Source: Vulcanimicrobiales bacterium (GTDB lineage Bacteria > Vulcanimicrobiota > Vulcanimicrobiia > Vulcanimicrobiales > Vulcanimicrobiaceae). Taken from it: 64,000 bases of DNA. Location of the stretch: contig JBBRLI010000007.1 in the NCBI GenBank assembly GCA_038231455.1, positions 87,657 to 151,656 on the forward strand, written 5' to 3'. Position numbers and translations under genes: made by a program. Below, in pieces: positions 1 to 15,215 of this stretch. Below the pieces are notes generated by a model. That model saw only the letters and a list, made by a program, of their open reading frames with translations. It had not been told where the DNA came from and ran no database searches. Each line of letters begins with the position of its first letter. Within the stretch, counting starts at the first letter, position 1.

Positions 1-1098
1 GCGATGCGCCATCTGGACGGCATCGAGCGTTTCAGTCAGCGTCCCGATCTGGTTGACCTTGATCAGGATGGCGTTTGCGGTGTGTTCTTTGATACCGCGT
101 TCGAGACGCTTGAGGTTGGTGACGAAGAGATCGTCGCCGACGAGTTGCACCCGTGCACCGATGCGCTGCGTGAGCAGATTCCAACCGTCCCAGTCATCTT
201 CACCGAGCGGATCTTCGAGTGAGATAATCGGATAGTTGTGCACGAGTCCTTCGTACATCGCGACCATCTCCGCTGAGTTCATTGCGTGATCGGGAAGATG
301 CGGAAAATATTTCCCGTCGTGCATGAATTCTTGCGCGGCGGAATCGAGTGCGATTGCAATATCGTCACCGGGTTTGTAGCCGGCTTTCTCGATTGCGGCA
401 ATGAGGAGTTTGAGCGCATCGTCGATGGAGGCGAGTCGGGGCGCGTACCCGCCTTCATCCCCCACGAGCGTCGGCTGGCCTTGATCGTGCAAGATTTTCC
501 CCAGCGCGTGAAAGACTTCCGATCCGTAACGGACGGCGTCTTGCATCGTCGGCGCGCCGATGGGCACGATCATGATTTCTTGGAATTGGAGCGCGCCCTC
601 GGCGTGTTTTCCGCCGTTGATGACGTTCATCATCGGCACCGGCATCGTCGATGCCGTCGGCCCGCCAAGATAGCGATAGAGCGGAACGCCCAAGCTCACG
701 GCCGCTGCACGCGCGCACGCAAGCGACACGCCGAGCAGCGCGTTTGCGCCGAAGTTCGATTTATTTTCGGTCCCGTCGAGATCGATTAGTTGCTCGTCGA
801 TCTCGCGCTGCGCGGTCACGTCGAGCCCTTCGAGCGCCGGCCCGAGCATCTCGTTCACGGCCGCGACGGCTTTGAGCACGCCTTTGCCGCCGTAGCGCGA
901 TTTGTCGCCGTCGCGCAATTCGACGGCTTCGTATTTTCCGGTCGATGCGCCCGAAGGCACCATCGCTTCTTCAACTGCGCCGAAGCTCGTCGCTACGGCG
1001 ACGGCAACCGTCGGGTTCCCACGCGAGTCGAGCACTTCACGTGCGCGAACGCTCTCGATGAGGGGGCGGCCACCGCCGCGCAGCGATTCGATCGACAT
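1..1098 (-). CDS. eno: Enolase, 5' portion; runs off the window start
   Basis: Minus-strand translation from ATG at 1098 reads [33 protein letters not shown], with VPSGASTG and ELRDGD further on. Not in the ORF track because it is truncated. Confidence 0.97.
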   Translation of the reverse strand, partial: MSIESLRGGGRPLIESVRAREVLDSRGNPTVAVAVATSFGAVEEAMVPSGASTGKYEAVELRDGDKSRYGGKGVLKAVAAVNEMLGPALEGLDVTAQREIDEQLIDLDGTENKSNFGANALLGVSLACARAAAVSLGVPLYRYLGGPTASTMPVPMMNVINGGKHAEGALQFQEIMIVPIGAPTMQDAVRYGSEVFHALGKILHDQGQPTLVGDEGGYAPRLASIDDALKLLIAAIEKAGYKPGDDIAIALDSAAQEFMHDGKYFPHLPDHAMNSAEMVAMYEGLVHNYPIISLEDPLGEDDWDGWNLLTQRIGARVQLVGDDLFVTNLKRLERGIKEHTANAILIKVNQIGTLTETLDAVQMAHR

Positions 1099-1101
1099 GA
1101 A

Positions 1102-1560
1102 CTAATTGCTTACCAGCCACGACTCGAGGTCGGACTTGCGCGGGAACAGTTCGTTCTTCTCGAACCAGATCGCGATTTCGCGTGCGGCGCTCTCGGGTGA
1201 GTCGCTGCCGTGCACCAGATTGCGGCCGATCGTTTGACCGTAGTCGCCGCGGATCGAACCGGGGGCCGATTTGATCGGGTTCGTCGCGCCGATCGTCGAG
1301 CGGCAGCCTTCGATCGCGTCGTTGCCTTCGACGACGAGCGCCACGATGGGAGCCGAGGTAATATAGTCAATGAGCCCCTTGAAGAAGCCCTTACCATCGT
1401 GTTCGGCGTAGTGCTTTTTCGCACGTGCCTCATCGACCATCAGAAGTTTCATGCCGACGATTTGATAACCGCGACGCTCGAAGCGCGCGACGCATTCGCC
1501 GACAAGACCGCGCACGACGGCGTCGGCTTTCAAAAGGATGAGTGTTTGTTCGTTAGCCAT
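1102..1560 (-). CDS. ndk: Nucleoside diphosphate kinase
   Basis: MANEQTLILLKADAV...PGSIRGDY...NLVHGSDS (catalytic His motif); stop lies 3 bp before the eno start. Confidence 0.97.
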   Translation of the reverse strand: MANEQTLILLKADAVVRGLVGECVARFERRGYQIVGMKLLMVDEARAKKHYAEHDGKGFFKGLIDYITSAPIVALVVEGNDAIEGCRSTIGATNPIKSAPGSIRGDYGQTIGRNLVHGSDSPESAAREIAIWFEKNELFPRKSDLESWLVSN

Positions 1561-1576
1561 AGCGGGAGGGACATAC

Positions 1577-2377
1577 GTGCCAAGTGACGCCGCCCCTCTG
1601 TCCCCACTCGACCTTGCGCTACTCGAGGCGATGACCGCAGGAACAGCATTCGCCGACGTCCGCGTCCTCGACGAGACCGCGAGCACGAATACCGATGCGA
1701 CCGCGCTCCTCGGAGAAGCGCCCGGGACGACAATCCTCGCAGAGATGCAGACCGCCGGTATCGGTCGCACGGGGCGGACGTGGCATGCGCCGCGTTCATC
1801 GAGCCTGCTCTTTACGACGCTCTTGCCGGAGCCCATCCGCGTTCCGGATCTGTGGGCGGTGACGTTTTGGACGGCGCTTGCCGTCGCCGATGGCATCGAG
1901 CGTGCGAGCGGAATCCGGGTCGATCTCAAATGGCCGAACGACCTCTTGCTCGCAGGTCGTAAACTGTGCGGGATTTTGTGCATCTCGCGCGTCAGCGGCG
2001 AGCGGGCGTGGGTCGGCTGCGGTGTCGGCCTCAACGTCCATCGTCCCGCGGATGCGCAGTCGATTGCAGCAATCGAACCGCGGCCCGCGTTTCTCTCCGA
2101 TGATGCGCCAAAGATCGACCGCTCGCGTCTGCTCGGCGAAGTGCTCCTTGCATTCGAACGTCTACTGCCGCTTCTCGGAGAGCCGGAAGCGATCGCCCGC
2201 GCCTGGGAATCCCGCGCGCAGATCGATGGCACGCCTTATCGACTCAAACTCGACCGCGACGGCTCGATCCTCGAGGGCATCGCACGCGGACTTGGCCGCG
2301 ACGGTGCGCTACGCATCACGACAAGCGACGGCGGCGAGAGGGAGACCCACCTCGCGGACGCACACGTCCTGCGCTAG
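1577..2377 (+). CDS. birA: Biotin-[acetyl-CoA carboxylase] ligase, no HTH domain
   Basis: STN, QTAGIGRTGRTW, KWPND and KLCGIL motifs; GTG at 1577 is preceded by GGAGG. Confidence 0.93.
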   Translation: MPSDAAPLSPLDLALLEAMTAGTAFADVRVLDETASTNTDATALLGEAPGTTILAEMQTAGIGRTGRTWHAPRSSSLLFTTLLPEPIRVPDLWAVTFWTALAVADGIERASGIRVDLKWPNDLLLAGRKLCGILCISRVSGERAWVGCGVGLNVHRPADAQSIAAIEPRPAFLSDDAPKIDRSRLLGEVLLAFERLLPLLGEPEAIARAWESRAQIDGTPYRLKLDRDGSILEGIARGLGRDGALRITTSDGGERETHLADAHVLR

Positions 2378-2378
2378 T

Positions 2379-2594
2379 TTATTTTACGACCCCGCCGAGG
2401 GCGATGTTTGCTTTACCAAGTGCGGCGACCGCGCTTGACTCCGCACCCCCGTCGATCGACAAACAGAGGTTTGCCGGTGTTGTGACGCTCGCGGGTTTCG
2501 GGATCATCTTCGCCGTGACGCCGGAATCTTTGAGCGCTTTGGTCGCGATCATCGTGTCGGCGTTCGATGAGAAAAAGAGTATGACATCGGGCAT
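2379..2594 (-). CDS. DUF3343-like small protein (putative Se/S carrier-like fold)
   Basis: 71 aa with pattern F-S-S-x-x-x-T-M-x-A-x-K-x-L-K...MIPKP...LCLSI resembling DUF3343; starts 3 bp after the upstream stop. Confidence 0.65.
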   Translation of the reverse strand: MPDVILFFSSNADTMIATKALKDSGVTAKMIPKPASVTTPANLCLSIDGGAESSAVAALGKANIALGGVVK

Positions 2595-2597
2595 CGT

Positions 2598-3971
2598 CTA
2601 CGCCGCGGACTTGCCACTGACGAGTTCGTCGAGACCCCGTGCGACGTCGTTGAGTTCGTTCACCCGCGTTACCGCGTGTTGCATGCGGCCGTTCATCTCT
2701 TGCGCAAGCATGTCGATGACCACGACGTCGCCAAGAATTTCCGCGTTGAGCTCGGATGCTGCAAGCACGGTGTTTTTGACGCCGGTGTTCGTTGCGATGG
2801 TTCCCTCGGATGACATCGGTGCAGTCGTCGCGATCTGCATGAGCAATTCGCCTTGGCGCTCGACTGCGGCTTTCGTCTGCGCGACATGGTCGCCCGAAAC
2901 CTCGGTCCCCACAACGATAACGGCCAGTTCTTTTGCCGACTCGCTCACTTGTTTTGAGCGTTTGATGATCGCGCGCGACACCGCCTCGACGACCGGGATC
3001 GCAAGCGCGAGTGCGATCACAAGGCCGATGAGGCCCCATAGCAGGAGCGACTGCGTCGTATGATTTTGGATGTCGTTGAACTGCGCGAGCGGCACGCCGT
3101 ACCAGCGCGCGGCTACGACTTCGTTTTGATCGTTGAGAATGGGATCGATCTGGGCAAGATACTGCACGCCGGCTTGCGTATCGACGCCACTATAGGACTT
3201 GCCGGCTTTGATCTCGGACATCCCGGTCGTCGTCGCAGAATCGACGAGCCGCGTGCCGTTGGGACGCGAGATCGTGCTCGAAACGATCGCATTGTCGATG
3301 ATGAGGGCCGATCTGCCGCCGAGCGCGCGTGAGGCCTGATCGACGATATCGTAGTAGTGGTTGATGAGAATGCCGCCGTACACAGCACCGACGGTGCGTT
3401 CGTTCGTATCGCTGATGGGCGCTGCGGAGACGAGCGCGAGTCCTTCGGTCATCTTGCCGGTAACGGCGCCGCTTTCGTTTTTGATGTCGGCGCTAATTTG
3501 CGGCGCGAGCGCTTCGGGGGTGAGTTCGTCGAGCGAAAGGCGCGTTGCGGTGTTGACGCTCTCGCCTTGCAGCGCGCGTTTGATGTACGCGCTCTTGAGC
3601 TCGAGCCCAGCCCCGCCTCCGTTCGCGCGCGCGATAACTTTGCCGTTCCGATCGACGATGGTCAGAAACGAGAGCCCGGCGTTGCGGGCGACACTGGTGA
3701 GCGCCGTCTCGAGGGCTTTGGTCGCTTTTGCTCCGACGTTCTTGCGAATCGCTTCTTGAATCGCAACTTGCTGCGTGAGCAGGCGAACCTGATCGCGCTT
3801 CTGCTCCCAATAGCCGTTGAAGCCGAGCGACCCGCTCTGCACGTTCTTACGTCCAAGCGAACTCAAGTCGTTCGACATCGTCGAACGCGCCGCGAGCGCA
3901 CTCACGATGAAGAAGACGAGGATCGCGCCGACAATTGTCCCGATCAGTCGGGCACGCAGACCGAGCTTCAT
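2598..3971 (-). CDS. Membrane Cache-domain sensor with a truncated MCP-like coiled-coil tail
   Basis: N-terminal TM, large extracytoplasmic region ([19 protein letters not shown]...[23 protein letters not shown]), second TM and a short helical tail without the MCP hairpin motif. Confidence 0.75.
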   Translation of the reverse strand: MKLGLRARLIGTIVGAILVFFIVSALAARSTMSNDLSSLGRKNVQSGSLGFNGYWEQKRDQVRLLTQQVAIQEAIRKNVGAKATKALETALTSVARNAGLSFLTIVDRNGKVIARANGGGAGLELKSAYIKRALQGESVNTATRLSLDELTPEALAPQISADIKNESGAVTGKMTEGLALVSAAPISDTNERTVGAVYGGILINHYYDIVDQASRALGGRSALIIDNAIVSSTISRPNGTRLVDSATTTGMSEIKAGKSYSGVDTQAGVQYLAQIDPILNDQNEVVAARWYGVPLAQFNDIQNHTTQSLLLWGLIGLVIALALAIPVVEAVSRAIIKRSKQVSESAKELAVIVVGTEVSGDHVAQTKAAVERQGELLMQIATTAPMSSEGTIATNTGVKNTVLAASELNAEILGDVVVIDMLAQEMNGRMQHAVTRVNELNDVARGLDELVSGKSAA

Positions 3972-5506
3972 ACGTTGGTCCCCTCTTGGGCGGCATCGGC
4001 AATGCGGTAGCGGCCGAGTTCGCCGGTAATCACCGTTGCTTGGGCGTTCATTTCTTCAGCCGAACTCAAGATGCGCTGCGCGGCCGAGGTGACCTCAGCG
4101 TTGACGTAGCTGAGGACTTCGACCGACGAGGCGTTCTGTCCGGAGATTCCGGCGATCCCTTCGAACGCACTCGAGACTTCGTTTGAGTGTGCGGCCATCT
4201 GCTGCGTTGCCGCGAGATTGGCTGCGACCGATCGCGTGATCTCATCGAGCGCCCGTATGACGGAAATGGAATTCTGACTCATCGAGCGCGTCACGTTCGA
4301 GATTTGCGTGATCTGATTGTTCGATTTGAGAACCGCCTCGACGATCTCGCGTAAGGCAAGCGACGCGTTATCCGTCGATGAAACACTCTCTTCGACGCGC
4401 TCGGTGAGACGCTGCATTGCGTGGGTCACCTCGGCGATGACGCCTTGCGTCGAGCCGATGTGTCCGGCGATTTCTTTGGTAGCCGCCACGCTGCCGTCGG
4501 CAAGTTTGCGGATCTCCGATGCGACGACCGCGAATCCGCGTCCGTGTTCGCCTGCACGCGCCGCTTCGATCGCGGCGTTGAGCGCAAGCAGGTTCGTCTG
4601 TTCGGCGATCCGGTCGATCACTTTGACGATGTCGCCGATCTGCGATGAGTTGTCGCCGAGTTGACGGATATCGCTTGCCAATTCGCCGATCGTCGCGCGG
4701 ATGGTGTCGAACGAACCGACGATCGTGTGGATCGCCGAACCGCCGCGGTCGGCCGTGAGCGACGTCTCCGAACTAATCGTTAAGAGGGAATCGACTTGTT
4801 CGGCGACTTCCTCGATCGATGAGGACATCGCCGTTACCGATAGTGCCGTTTCATCGAGGGTGCGCGTCTGCTGTTCGGCCGAACCCGCAATCGTCACGAT
4901 GGCGTCGGTCAAGGACGTGATTTTTGCCTGCGCGGCGGAGACGATTGAGGATTGTTCGAGGATGCCTTCTTCGAGTTGCTGTTGGGCAACCGAACTGCCC
5001 TCGATCACCGCAAGCGAATTACCGGCCGTATCGGTGAGCTCCGAACCTGCGACCGCGAGCCGTTCGACGTTGCCTTTCATCGCGGACAGAAAATCGCGCG
5101 TACTGAAAATCAATTTATTGAGGGCGATTCCCAGCTCCGAGAGCGGTCCGTCGGTGACCGCTAGATTCTTCGTGAAATCGCCTTGCGAGACTTCGCGAAT
5201 TCCCGCAGTCAACGCCGCGATCGTCGCGCTACTTCCGGCGACCGCACCGTTTTGGCCGCGTGGCAGGGCAACGGTCTTCGTCTTGCCGAGTGCCTCGAGA
5301 GCGGGGTTCTCGCCGGAGGGGGCGGTCGCGAAGGCCGCAAGCGTGAGGGCGGGTCCGGCTAGGAGGGCGGCCACAAGCGAATACCAGAGCAAGCCCGGTA
5401 TCGTCGCCATCCAGATCGCGAATCCAACGAGCAGGACGCCCACCAAGGCACTGACGATTCGCGGTGCCGCGTTCATCCGAAGGGGCGAGGGTGAAGGCCC
5501 GGTCAT
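3968..5506 (-). CDS. Methyl-accepting chemotaxis protein with no extracellular sensor domain
   Basis: [37 protein letters not shown] signalling motif, HAMP-like segment and two closely spaced N-terminal TMs. Confidence 0.95.
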   Translation of the reverse strand: MTGPSPSPLRMNAAPRIVSALVGVLLVGFAIWMATIPGLLWYSLVAALLAGPALTLAAFATAPSGENPALEALGKTKTVALPRGQNGAVAGSSATIAALTAGIREVSQGDFTKNLAVTDGPLSELGIALNKLIFSTRDFLSAMKGNVERLAVAGSELTDTAGNSLAVIEGSSVAQQQLEEGILEQSSIVSAAQAKITSLTDAIVTIAGSAEQQTRTLDETALSVTAMSSSIEEVAEQVDSLLTISSETSLTADRGGSAIHTIVGSFDTIRATIGELASDIRQLGDNSSQIGDIVKVIDRIAEQTNLLALNAAIEAARAGEHGRGFAVVASEIRKLADGSVAATKEIAGHIGSTQGVIAEVTHAMQRLTERVEESVSSTDNASLALREIVEAVLKSNNQITQISNVTRSMSQNSISVIRALDEITRSVAANLAATQQMAAHSNEVSSAFEGIAGISGQNASSVEVLSYVNAEVTSAAQRILSSAEEMNAQATVITGELGRYRIADAAQEGTNV

Positions 5507-5569
5507 GGCATCCCGTCTTTAAAACGATTGAAAACGCGCCGTTAGGCACGTTCGGAAGCTTTTCCTAAC

Positions 5570-5597
5570 ACTTCGGCCGTTCCGCTCCGGTTCTTAA
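5570..5597 (-). promoter_or_regulatory. Sigma-28 (FliA/SigD)-type promoter for the chemoreceptor operon
   Basis: Minus strand TTAAG-N15-GCCGAAGT versus consensus TAAA-N15-GCCGATAA, about 65 bp upstream of an MCP gene. Confidence 0.65.
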
Positions 5598-6130
5598 GAT
5601 GAACGGCCCGCTTTGCTCCGCTTCTCGCAGTGTTCGCAGAAATTCGGGTACTTGTTATCGGTGTCGTAGATCGAATTCGAGAAATACATCGCACAGCGGG
5701 CATTGAAGCAGTGCTTGAGGCCGAGCGCGTGTCCGAGTTCATGGACCGACTCTTTGAGCAGCCGCTGGAAGAGCATGTTCTCATCCGGCGGCTCGCCGTA
5801 GAACTCAGAACGCAGGCGATGGGTCGAGACAACCGCGCAGCGCTGCGCCTCGCTCGAACTCCCAAAGATGAAGTGCTGCGAGGTCTTGTAGAGATCGTAC
5901 TCGGTGATCCCCAAGACGAACTCATCGACGCGGTCGTGGACCGACGTAAGTTTCCCGACGACCGAGCCGAAGAAAAGCTGGTTGCGCGCGCTGTTGAGGG
6001 CCGTCTTCGGAATTCGCAGCGGGACGCGAACGAGCGCCGTTGAGAGGAAGCGTTCTTCCAGACAGAGCGCAAGCCGGGTGAGCAGGGCCGGATCGATCGT
6101 ATTGATCGGGACGATGCTGATCTCGCTCAC
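5594..6130 (-). CDS. Archaemetzincin-family Zn metalloprotease (M54)
   Basis: HELGHALGLKHCFNARCAM...FCEHC matches HExxHxxGxxHC-x4-CxM...CxxC; GTG start at 6130. Confidence 0.9.
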   Translation of the reverse strand: MSEISIVPINTIDPALLTRLALCLEERFLSTALVRVPLRIPKTALNSARNQLFFGSVVGKLTSVHDRVDEFVLGITEYDLYKTSQHFIFGSSSEAQRCAVVSTHRLRSEFYGEPPDENMLFQRLLKESVHELGHALGLKHCFNARCAMYFSNSIYDTDNKYPNFCEHCEKRSKAGRSS

Positions 6131-6190
6131 GCAAATCGCGTTCGCCCGAGCGCGGAAACGGTCCTGGGGATGGATGCGCGGAACGCCCGA

Positions 6191-6556
6191 ATGATGATCC
6201 TCGGACTTGGAATCGATCTTGCTGAAGTCGAGCGCTATCGCTTCGATGAAGCCGCACGCGAACGGTTCGCGCGCAAAGTCTACACCCCCGAAGAGTGGGC
6301 TTACGCGATGCGCAAGCGCCACTGGCCCGAACGCCTCGCCGGATTCTATGCCGCCAAAGAGGCCACGCGCAAAGCGTTCGGCCATGCGATCCCGTGGCGC
6401 TTGGTCGGCGTGACGCACGAAGCATCGGGGAAACCGACGATCGTGCTTTTGGGCAAGGCCGAACGTCTCATTGCGGCGCGCGGCGTGAAGTCGATTCACC
6501 TCACGATCACGCACACGGCACAGACGGCCGCGGCCGTCGTCGTCCTCGAAGGCTGA
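6191..6556 (+). CDS. acpS: Holo-ACP synthase
   Basis: ILGLGIDLAE, AAKEATRKA, GKP and HLTITH motifs. Confidence 0.95.
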   Translation: MMILGLGIDLAEVERYRFDEAARERFARKVYTPEEWAYAMRKRHWPERLAGFYAAKEATRKAFGHAIPWRLVGVTHEASGKPTIVLLGKAERLIAARGVKSIHLTITHTAQTAAAVVVLEG

Positions 6557-8085
6557 TGCGCGTTCTCGATGCCGCGCAGATGCGCGCGCTCGATGCCGCA
6601 TCGGTCGCGAAGCTCGGCGAAATCGCGCTGATGCGCGCGGCCGGGGATGCGATCGCAACGGTGATCCCGCGTTACGCGCGACCGGGGACAGTAGTCGCCT
6701 TTGCCGGCGGCGGCAACAACGGCGGCGATGCATTCTCCGCGCTCGCAGCGGCCGATCTGAACATGACGCGCACGGTGTACGGCGATGCATCTGAGGCCGA
6801 TTCGCCCGCGCGTAAAGACGCGATTGCCCGCGCGCGTGCGAGCGGCGTGCGAATCGAGCCGTTCCCCACCGACCCCGCGCACATCGAGGCGATCTGCCGC
6901 AAAGCGGGACTCGTCATCGACGGGCTGCTCGGCGTGAACGCGCGCGTCCCGCTCGGTGATGACATGGCGCAGATTGTCGCAGCGATCGTGCGTAGTGGCG
7001 CGCGCGTGCTCGCGTGCGATATTCCAACCGGCGTCGACCCGTCCACGGGCGCGGTCAACGGTCCCGCGATCAAAGCCATCGCGACGATCACATTCGGCGC
7101 ACCAAAGCTCGGGCTGTATCTCGATCCCGGACGCGGACACGCCGGGCATGCATATCTCGCCCGCATCGAAATGGCCGATGCCGATATTCCGCCCGGCGAC
7201 CCCGTCTTCTATGCGCTCGACGATGCGGAATTCTGCGAACTCTTGCCCGTGCGCGCGGCCACGGCCGACAAACGCAGCGCGGGAGCGCCGCTCATTATTG
7301 CGGGGTCCGAGCAATTTCCCGGCGCAGCGATTCTTTGCGCGCGCGGCGCAGCTCGCGCGGGCGCGGGTTACGTGACGGTCGCAACCACGCAGGCCGCGGC
7401 TCCGGCGCTGCGTCTCCATCTCATCGAACAGGTCGTCGTGACGTATGACGAGCGCGACCCCGACGCCGCGATCGAAACGCTCCTCGATCTTGGCAACCAC
7501 TGTTCTTCGATTGCAATCGGCCCCGGCGTTGGACTGAGCGAGGGGATGGGGAAAATCGTTCGCGGCGTCATCGAAGGAACGACGCTGCCCGTCGTTGCCG
7601 ATGCGAGCGCGCTTTTCCACTTGAGCAAACAACTCGACAAGCTTCGTTCGAAGCCGATCGTGATTACGCCGCACGCGGGTGAATTCGCGCGGCTCTCCGG
7701 CAAAGGCACGCTCGAAGAACGGGACCGCGTCGCGCGCATCCGCGACTTCGTCGACGCGCACGGCGTCACGACACTCCTCAAAGGCCGCACGACACTGATC
7801 GCCGAGCGCCATGCAACGCACATCAACCCGACCGGGAGTGCCGTTCTCGCGACCGCCGGCACGGGAGACGTCTTGACCGGCGTAATCGCAACGCTGCTCT
7901 CTCAAGGTCTCTCACCACTCGATGCAGCGCGCATCGGGGCATACTGGCACGGACGTGCCGGTCATCTCGCGCACGATGCACGACCGTACGGCGTTATTGC
8001 CGGCGACCTCCCCGACATGCTCGCCGCGGCGGCGAAAAACGCCGATCACCGGCTCGCCGGCGACCGCATCGAACGGTTGTTTTAG
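6556..8085 (+). CDS. nnr: Bifunctional NAD(P)H-hydrate epimerase/dehydratase
   Basis: GGGNNGGD, DIPTG, TPHAGEFARL and ATAGTGDVLTG motifs; TGATG overlap with acpS. Confidence 0.95.
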   Translation: MRVLDAAQMRALDAASVAKLGEIALMRAAGDAIATVIPRYARPGTVVAFAGGGNNGGDAFSALAAADLNMTRTVYGDASEADSPARKDAIARARASGVRIEPFPTDPAHIEAICRKAGLVIDGLLGVNARVPLGDDMAQIVAAIVRSGARVLACDIPTGVDPSTGAVNGPAIKAIATITFGAPKLGLYLDPGRGHAGHAYLARIEMADADIPPGDPVFYALDDAEFCELLPVRAATADKRSAGAPLIIAGSEQFPGAAILCARGAARAGAGYVTVATTQAAAPALRLHLIEQVVVTYDERDPDAAIETLLDLGNHCSSIAIGPGVGLSEGMGKIVRGVIEGTTLPVVADASALFHLSKQLDKLRSKPIVITPHAGEFARLSGKGTLEERDRVARIRDFVDAHGVTTLLKGRTTLIAERHATHINPTGSAVLATAGTGDVLTGVIATLLSQGLSPLDAARIGAYWHGRAGHLAHDARPYGVIAGDLPDMLAAAAKNADHRLAGDRIERLF

Positions 8086-8091
8086 GACTCC

Positions 8092-10462
<2,371 letters not shown>

Positions 10463-10466
10463 CGTT

Positions 10467-13451
<2,985 letters not shown>

Positions 13452-13469
13452 GCCGCTCTTAGACCTCAT

Positions 13470-13483
13470 CGAACGGGCGTTCG
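13470..13483. promoter_or_regulatory. LexA SOS box, Gram-positive (Cheo) type
   Basis: CGAACGGGCGTTCG is a perfect CGAAC-N4-GTTCG, 18 bp upstream of the uvrA ATG. Confidence 0.85.
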
Positions 13484-13496
13484 TTGCGCGCGACGA

Positions 13497-13721
13497 TTAG
13501 CGAGGCGGCATATGGTTGCCGAGGACGAAGCTGCCGAGCCCCGCGACCACGGCTACCGCACCGAAGATGCGGAGCATAAAGACGGCAGCGTCGCGCTGGA
13601 AGGTCTCGCTCTGCTGGCGACCCGTCGCAAAGGGCGTCCGGTCGTTGCGGATTTGGAGTACTTCGCCGACAGCGATCAAGATGAAACCGAAAACAACGAT
13701 GGCGATCTGGAAAACGAACAC
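13497..13721 (-). CDS. Small two-TM membrane protein
   Basis: 74 aa with two hydrophobic stretches; starts 3 bp after the upstream stop. Confidence 0.65.
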   Translation of the reverse strand: MFVFQIAIVVFGFILIAVGEVLQIRNDRTPFATGRQQSETFQRDAAVFMLRIFGAVAVVAGLGSFVLGNHMPPR

Positions 13722-13724
13722 GTA

Positions 13725-14429
13725 TTAAACCACCCGGCGCGATGAGGCGCGCAGCTCGAGATACTCACCCACGATAACTAAGGTCGCGAAGGCGGTGACA
13801 CATTGAATGATAACGGCGGATCCGACCAAGCCGATCAGCGGCGCAGCTGCGACGAGGCCGGCGAGTAAACCGACGACCAGATACACGACACCCAGTAAGA
13901 TTGCGATCAAGAGCGTCGGGAAAAAGCGTTCGATCGCAATCGCAAACGACTCTTGCAGCGCACGCAGTCCCGGACGTTCTCCGACGACGGCCGAGGGCAT
14001 CGTGTAGAGCGAGAGCAGATAGTACGCCAGCACCGAGATGCCGAGCGTCGGCGGTGCGAGGAAGATTGCGAGGACGCCGACGATACCGAGGCCGAGCATC
14101 GCAACGAAGACGTTCACGCCGTCACGAGCGAAGGCATCGCGCCCATCGGCAAGCGACGTTTTTTCACGCGCCCACGCGGCGCCCGCCATGCCAGTGGTGT
14201 ACGCGGTCGTCGCGATTTGCGCGACGAGCACGATGACGCCCGAGAGCAATTGAAGTCCGAGTTGGCGCACGATGCCGGGGACCGTCTCCGGGTTGTCGGC
14301 CGGAACGAGCAGCCATGAGAACATCCCCGAAACGACGCCGATGAGCAGTCCGGGAACGAGTAAGATCCAGTTGTTCGTAAGCAAATGCCACGAGCGTGAA
14401 AAGATGTGGCCGACGGGCTGCGACTGCAC
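13725..14429 (-). CDS. Multi-pass membrane protein of unknown function
   Basis: About 6 hydrophobic segments; GTG start preceded by AAAGGGG. Confidence 0.75.
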   Translation of the reverse strand: MQSQPVGHIFSRSWHLLTNNWILLVPGLLIGVVSGMFSWLLVPADNPETVPGIVRQLGLQLLSGVIVLVAQIATTAYTTGMAGAAWAREKTSLADGRDAFARDGVNVFVAMLGLGIVGVLAIFLAPPTLGISVLAYYLLSLYTMPSAVVGERPGLRALQESFAIAIERFFPTLLIAILLGVVYLVVGLLAGLVAAAPLIGLVGSAVIIQCVTAFATLVIVGEYLELRASSRRVV

Positions 14430-14456
14430 GCGAATCCCCTTTGGTCGGTAGCGCGG

Positions 14457-15215
14457 TTAGCGCGAGCGGTTCTGCTCGTGGACTTCGCGTCCTGCGGCGG
14501 GCGCGAGCGGAAGCACGCCGAGCACACCCGCGATCGTCGGCACGATGGCATCCGGAGGCGGGGCGTTTGGGATGAGCGGAATGCGATGCACGTCCACAAG
14601 GACCGTAAAGAGGCCGAGTTCGAGCGCGCCCGCGACATCGCGGTCGTACCGGTCGCCGACCATCGCCGTGCGCTCGGGCGTGGAGCCGAGCGTCTCGCAC
14701 GCAAGCGCGAAGACGCGCGGATCGGGTTTGACCATGCCCATCTCATCGGCGATGAAGAGCGCATCGAAGAGCGGGGTGAGCCCAAGGAGCGCGATCTTCT
14801 CGTGATGCGTCTCGGCGAAACCGTTCGTGACGATCCCGAGCTTCACACCGCGCTTCCGCAGCGCGAGGATCAGGTCCATCGAACCGGGCGAGAGTTCGAG
14901 CTCGTGCTTCCGGTATTCGGTGTACGCTGCCGCGCATTCAACCGCGAGCTCGGCGCGATCGAGTCCCGCCGCGCGGAGCGCTTCGAGCCACAGTTCGAAA
15001 CGCGTATCGATCATGCGATTTGCCAGAGCGTCCGCCGAGAGCGCCTTCCAGAAATTCGACGCCTGCACGACGTACGCATCGAAGATGGTCGTGCCGTCGA
15101 CCCCGTGCGCTGCGGCGACTTCCTGAGCGACGCGTCGCGCCGCATTCTTATACGCTGCCGAATCGTCGTGGAGCGTGTCGTCCAGATCGAACAGAACGGT
15201 ATCGATGATTCTCAA
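14457..15215 (-). CDS. HAD-family hydrolase
   Basis: VLFDLDDTL, TNG, KPDPRVF and MVGDRYDRDVAGA motifs; probable TTG start overlapping the upstream TGA. Confidence 0.9.
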   Translation of the reverse strand: MRIIDTVLFDLDDTLHDDSAAYKNAARRVAQEVAAAHGVDGTTIFDAYVVQASNFWKALSADALANRMIDTRFELWLEALRAAGLDRAELAVECAAAYTEYRKHELELSPGSMDLILALRKRGVKLGIVTNGFAETHHEKIALLGLTPLFDALFIADEMGMVKPDPRVFALACETLGSTPERTAMVGDRYDRDVAGALELGLFTVLVDVHRIPLIPNAPPPDAIVPTIAGVLGVLPLAPAAGREVHEQNRSR

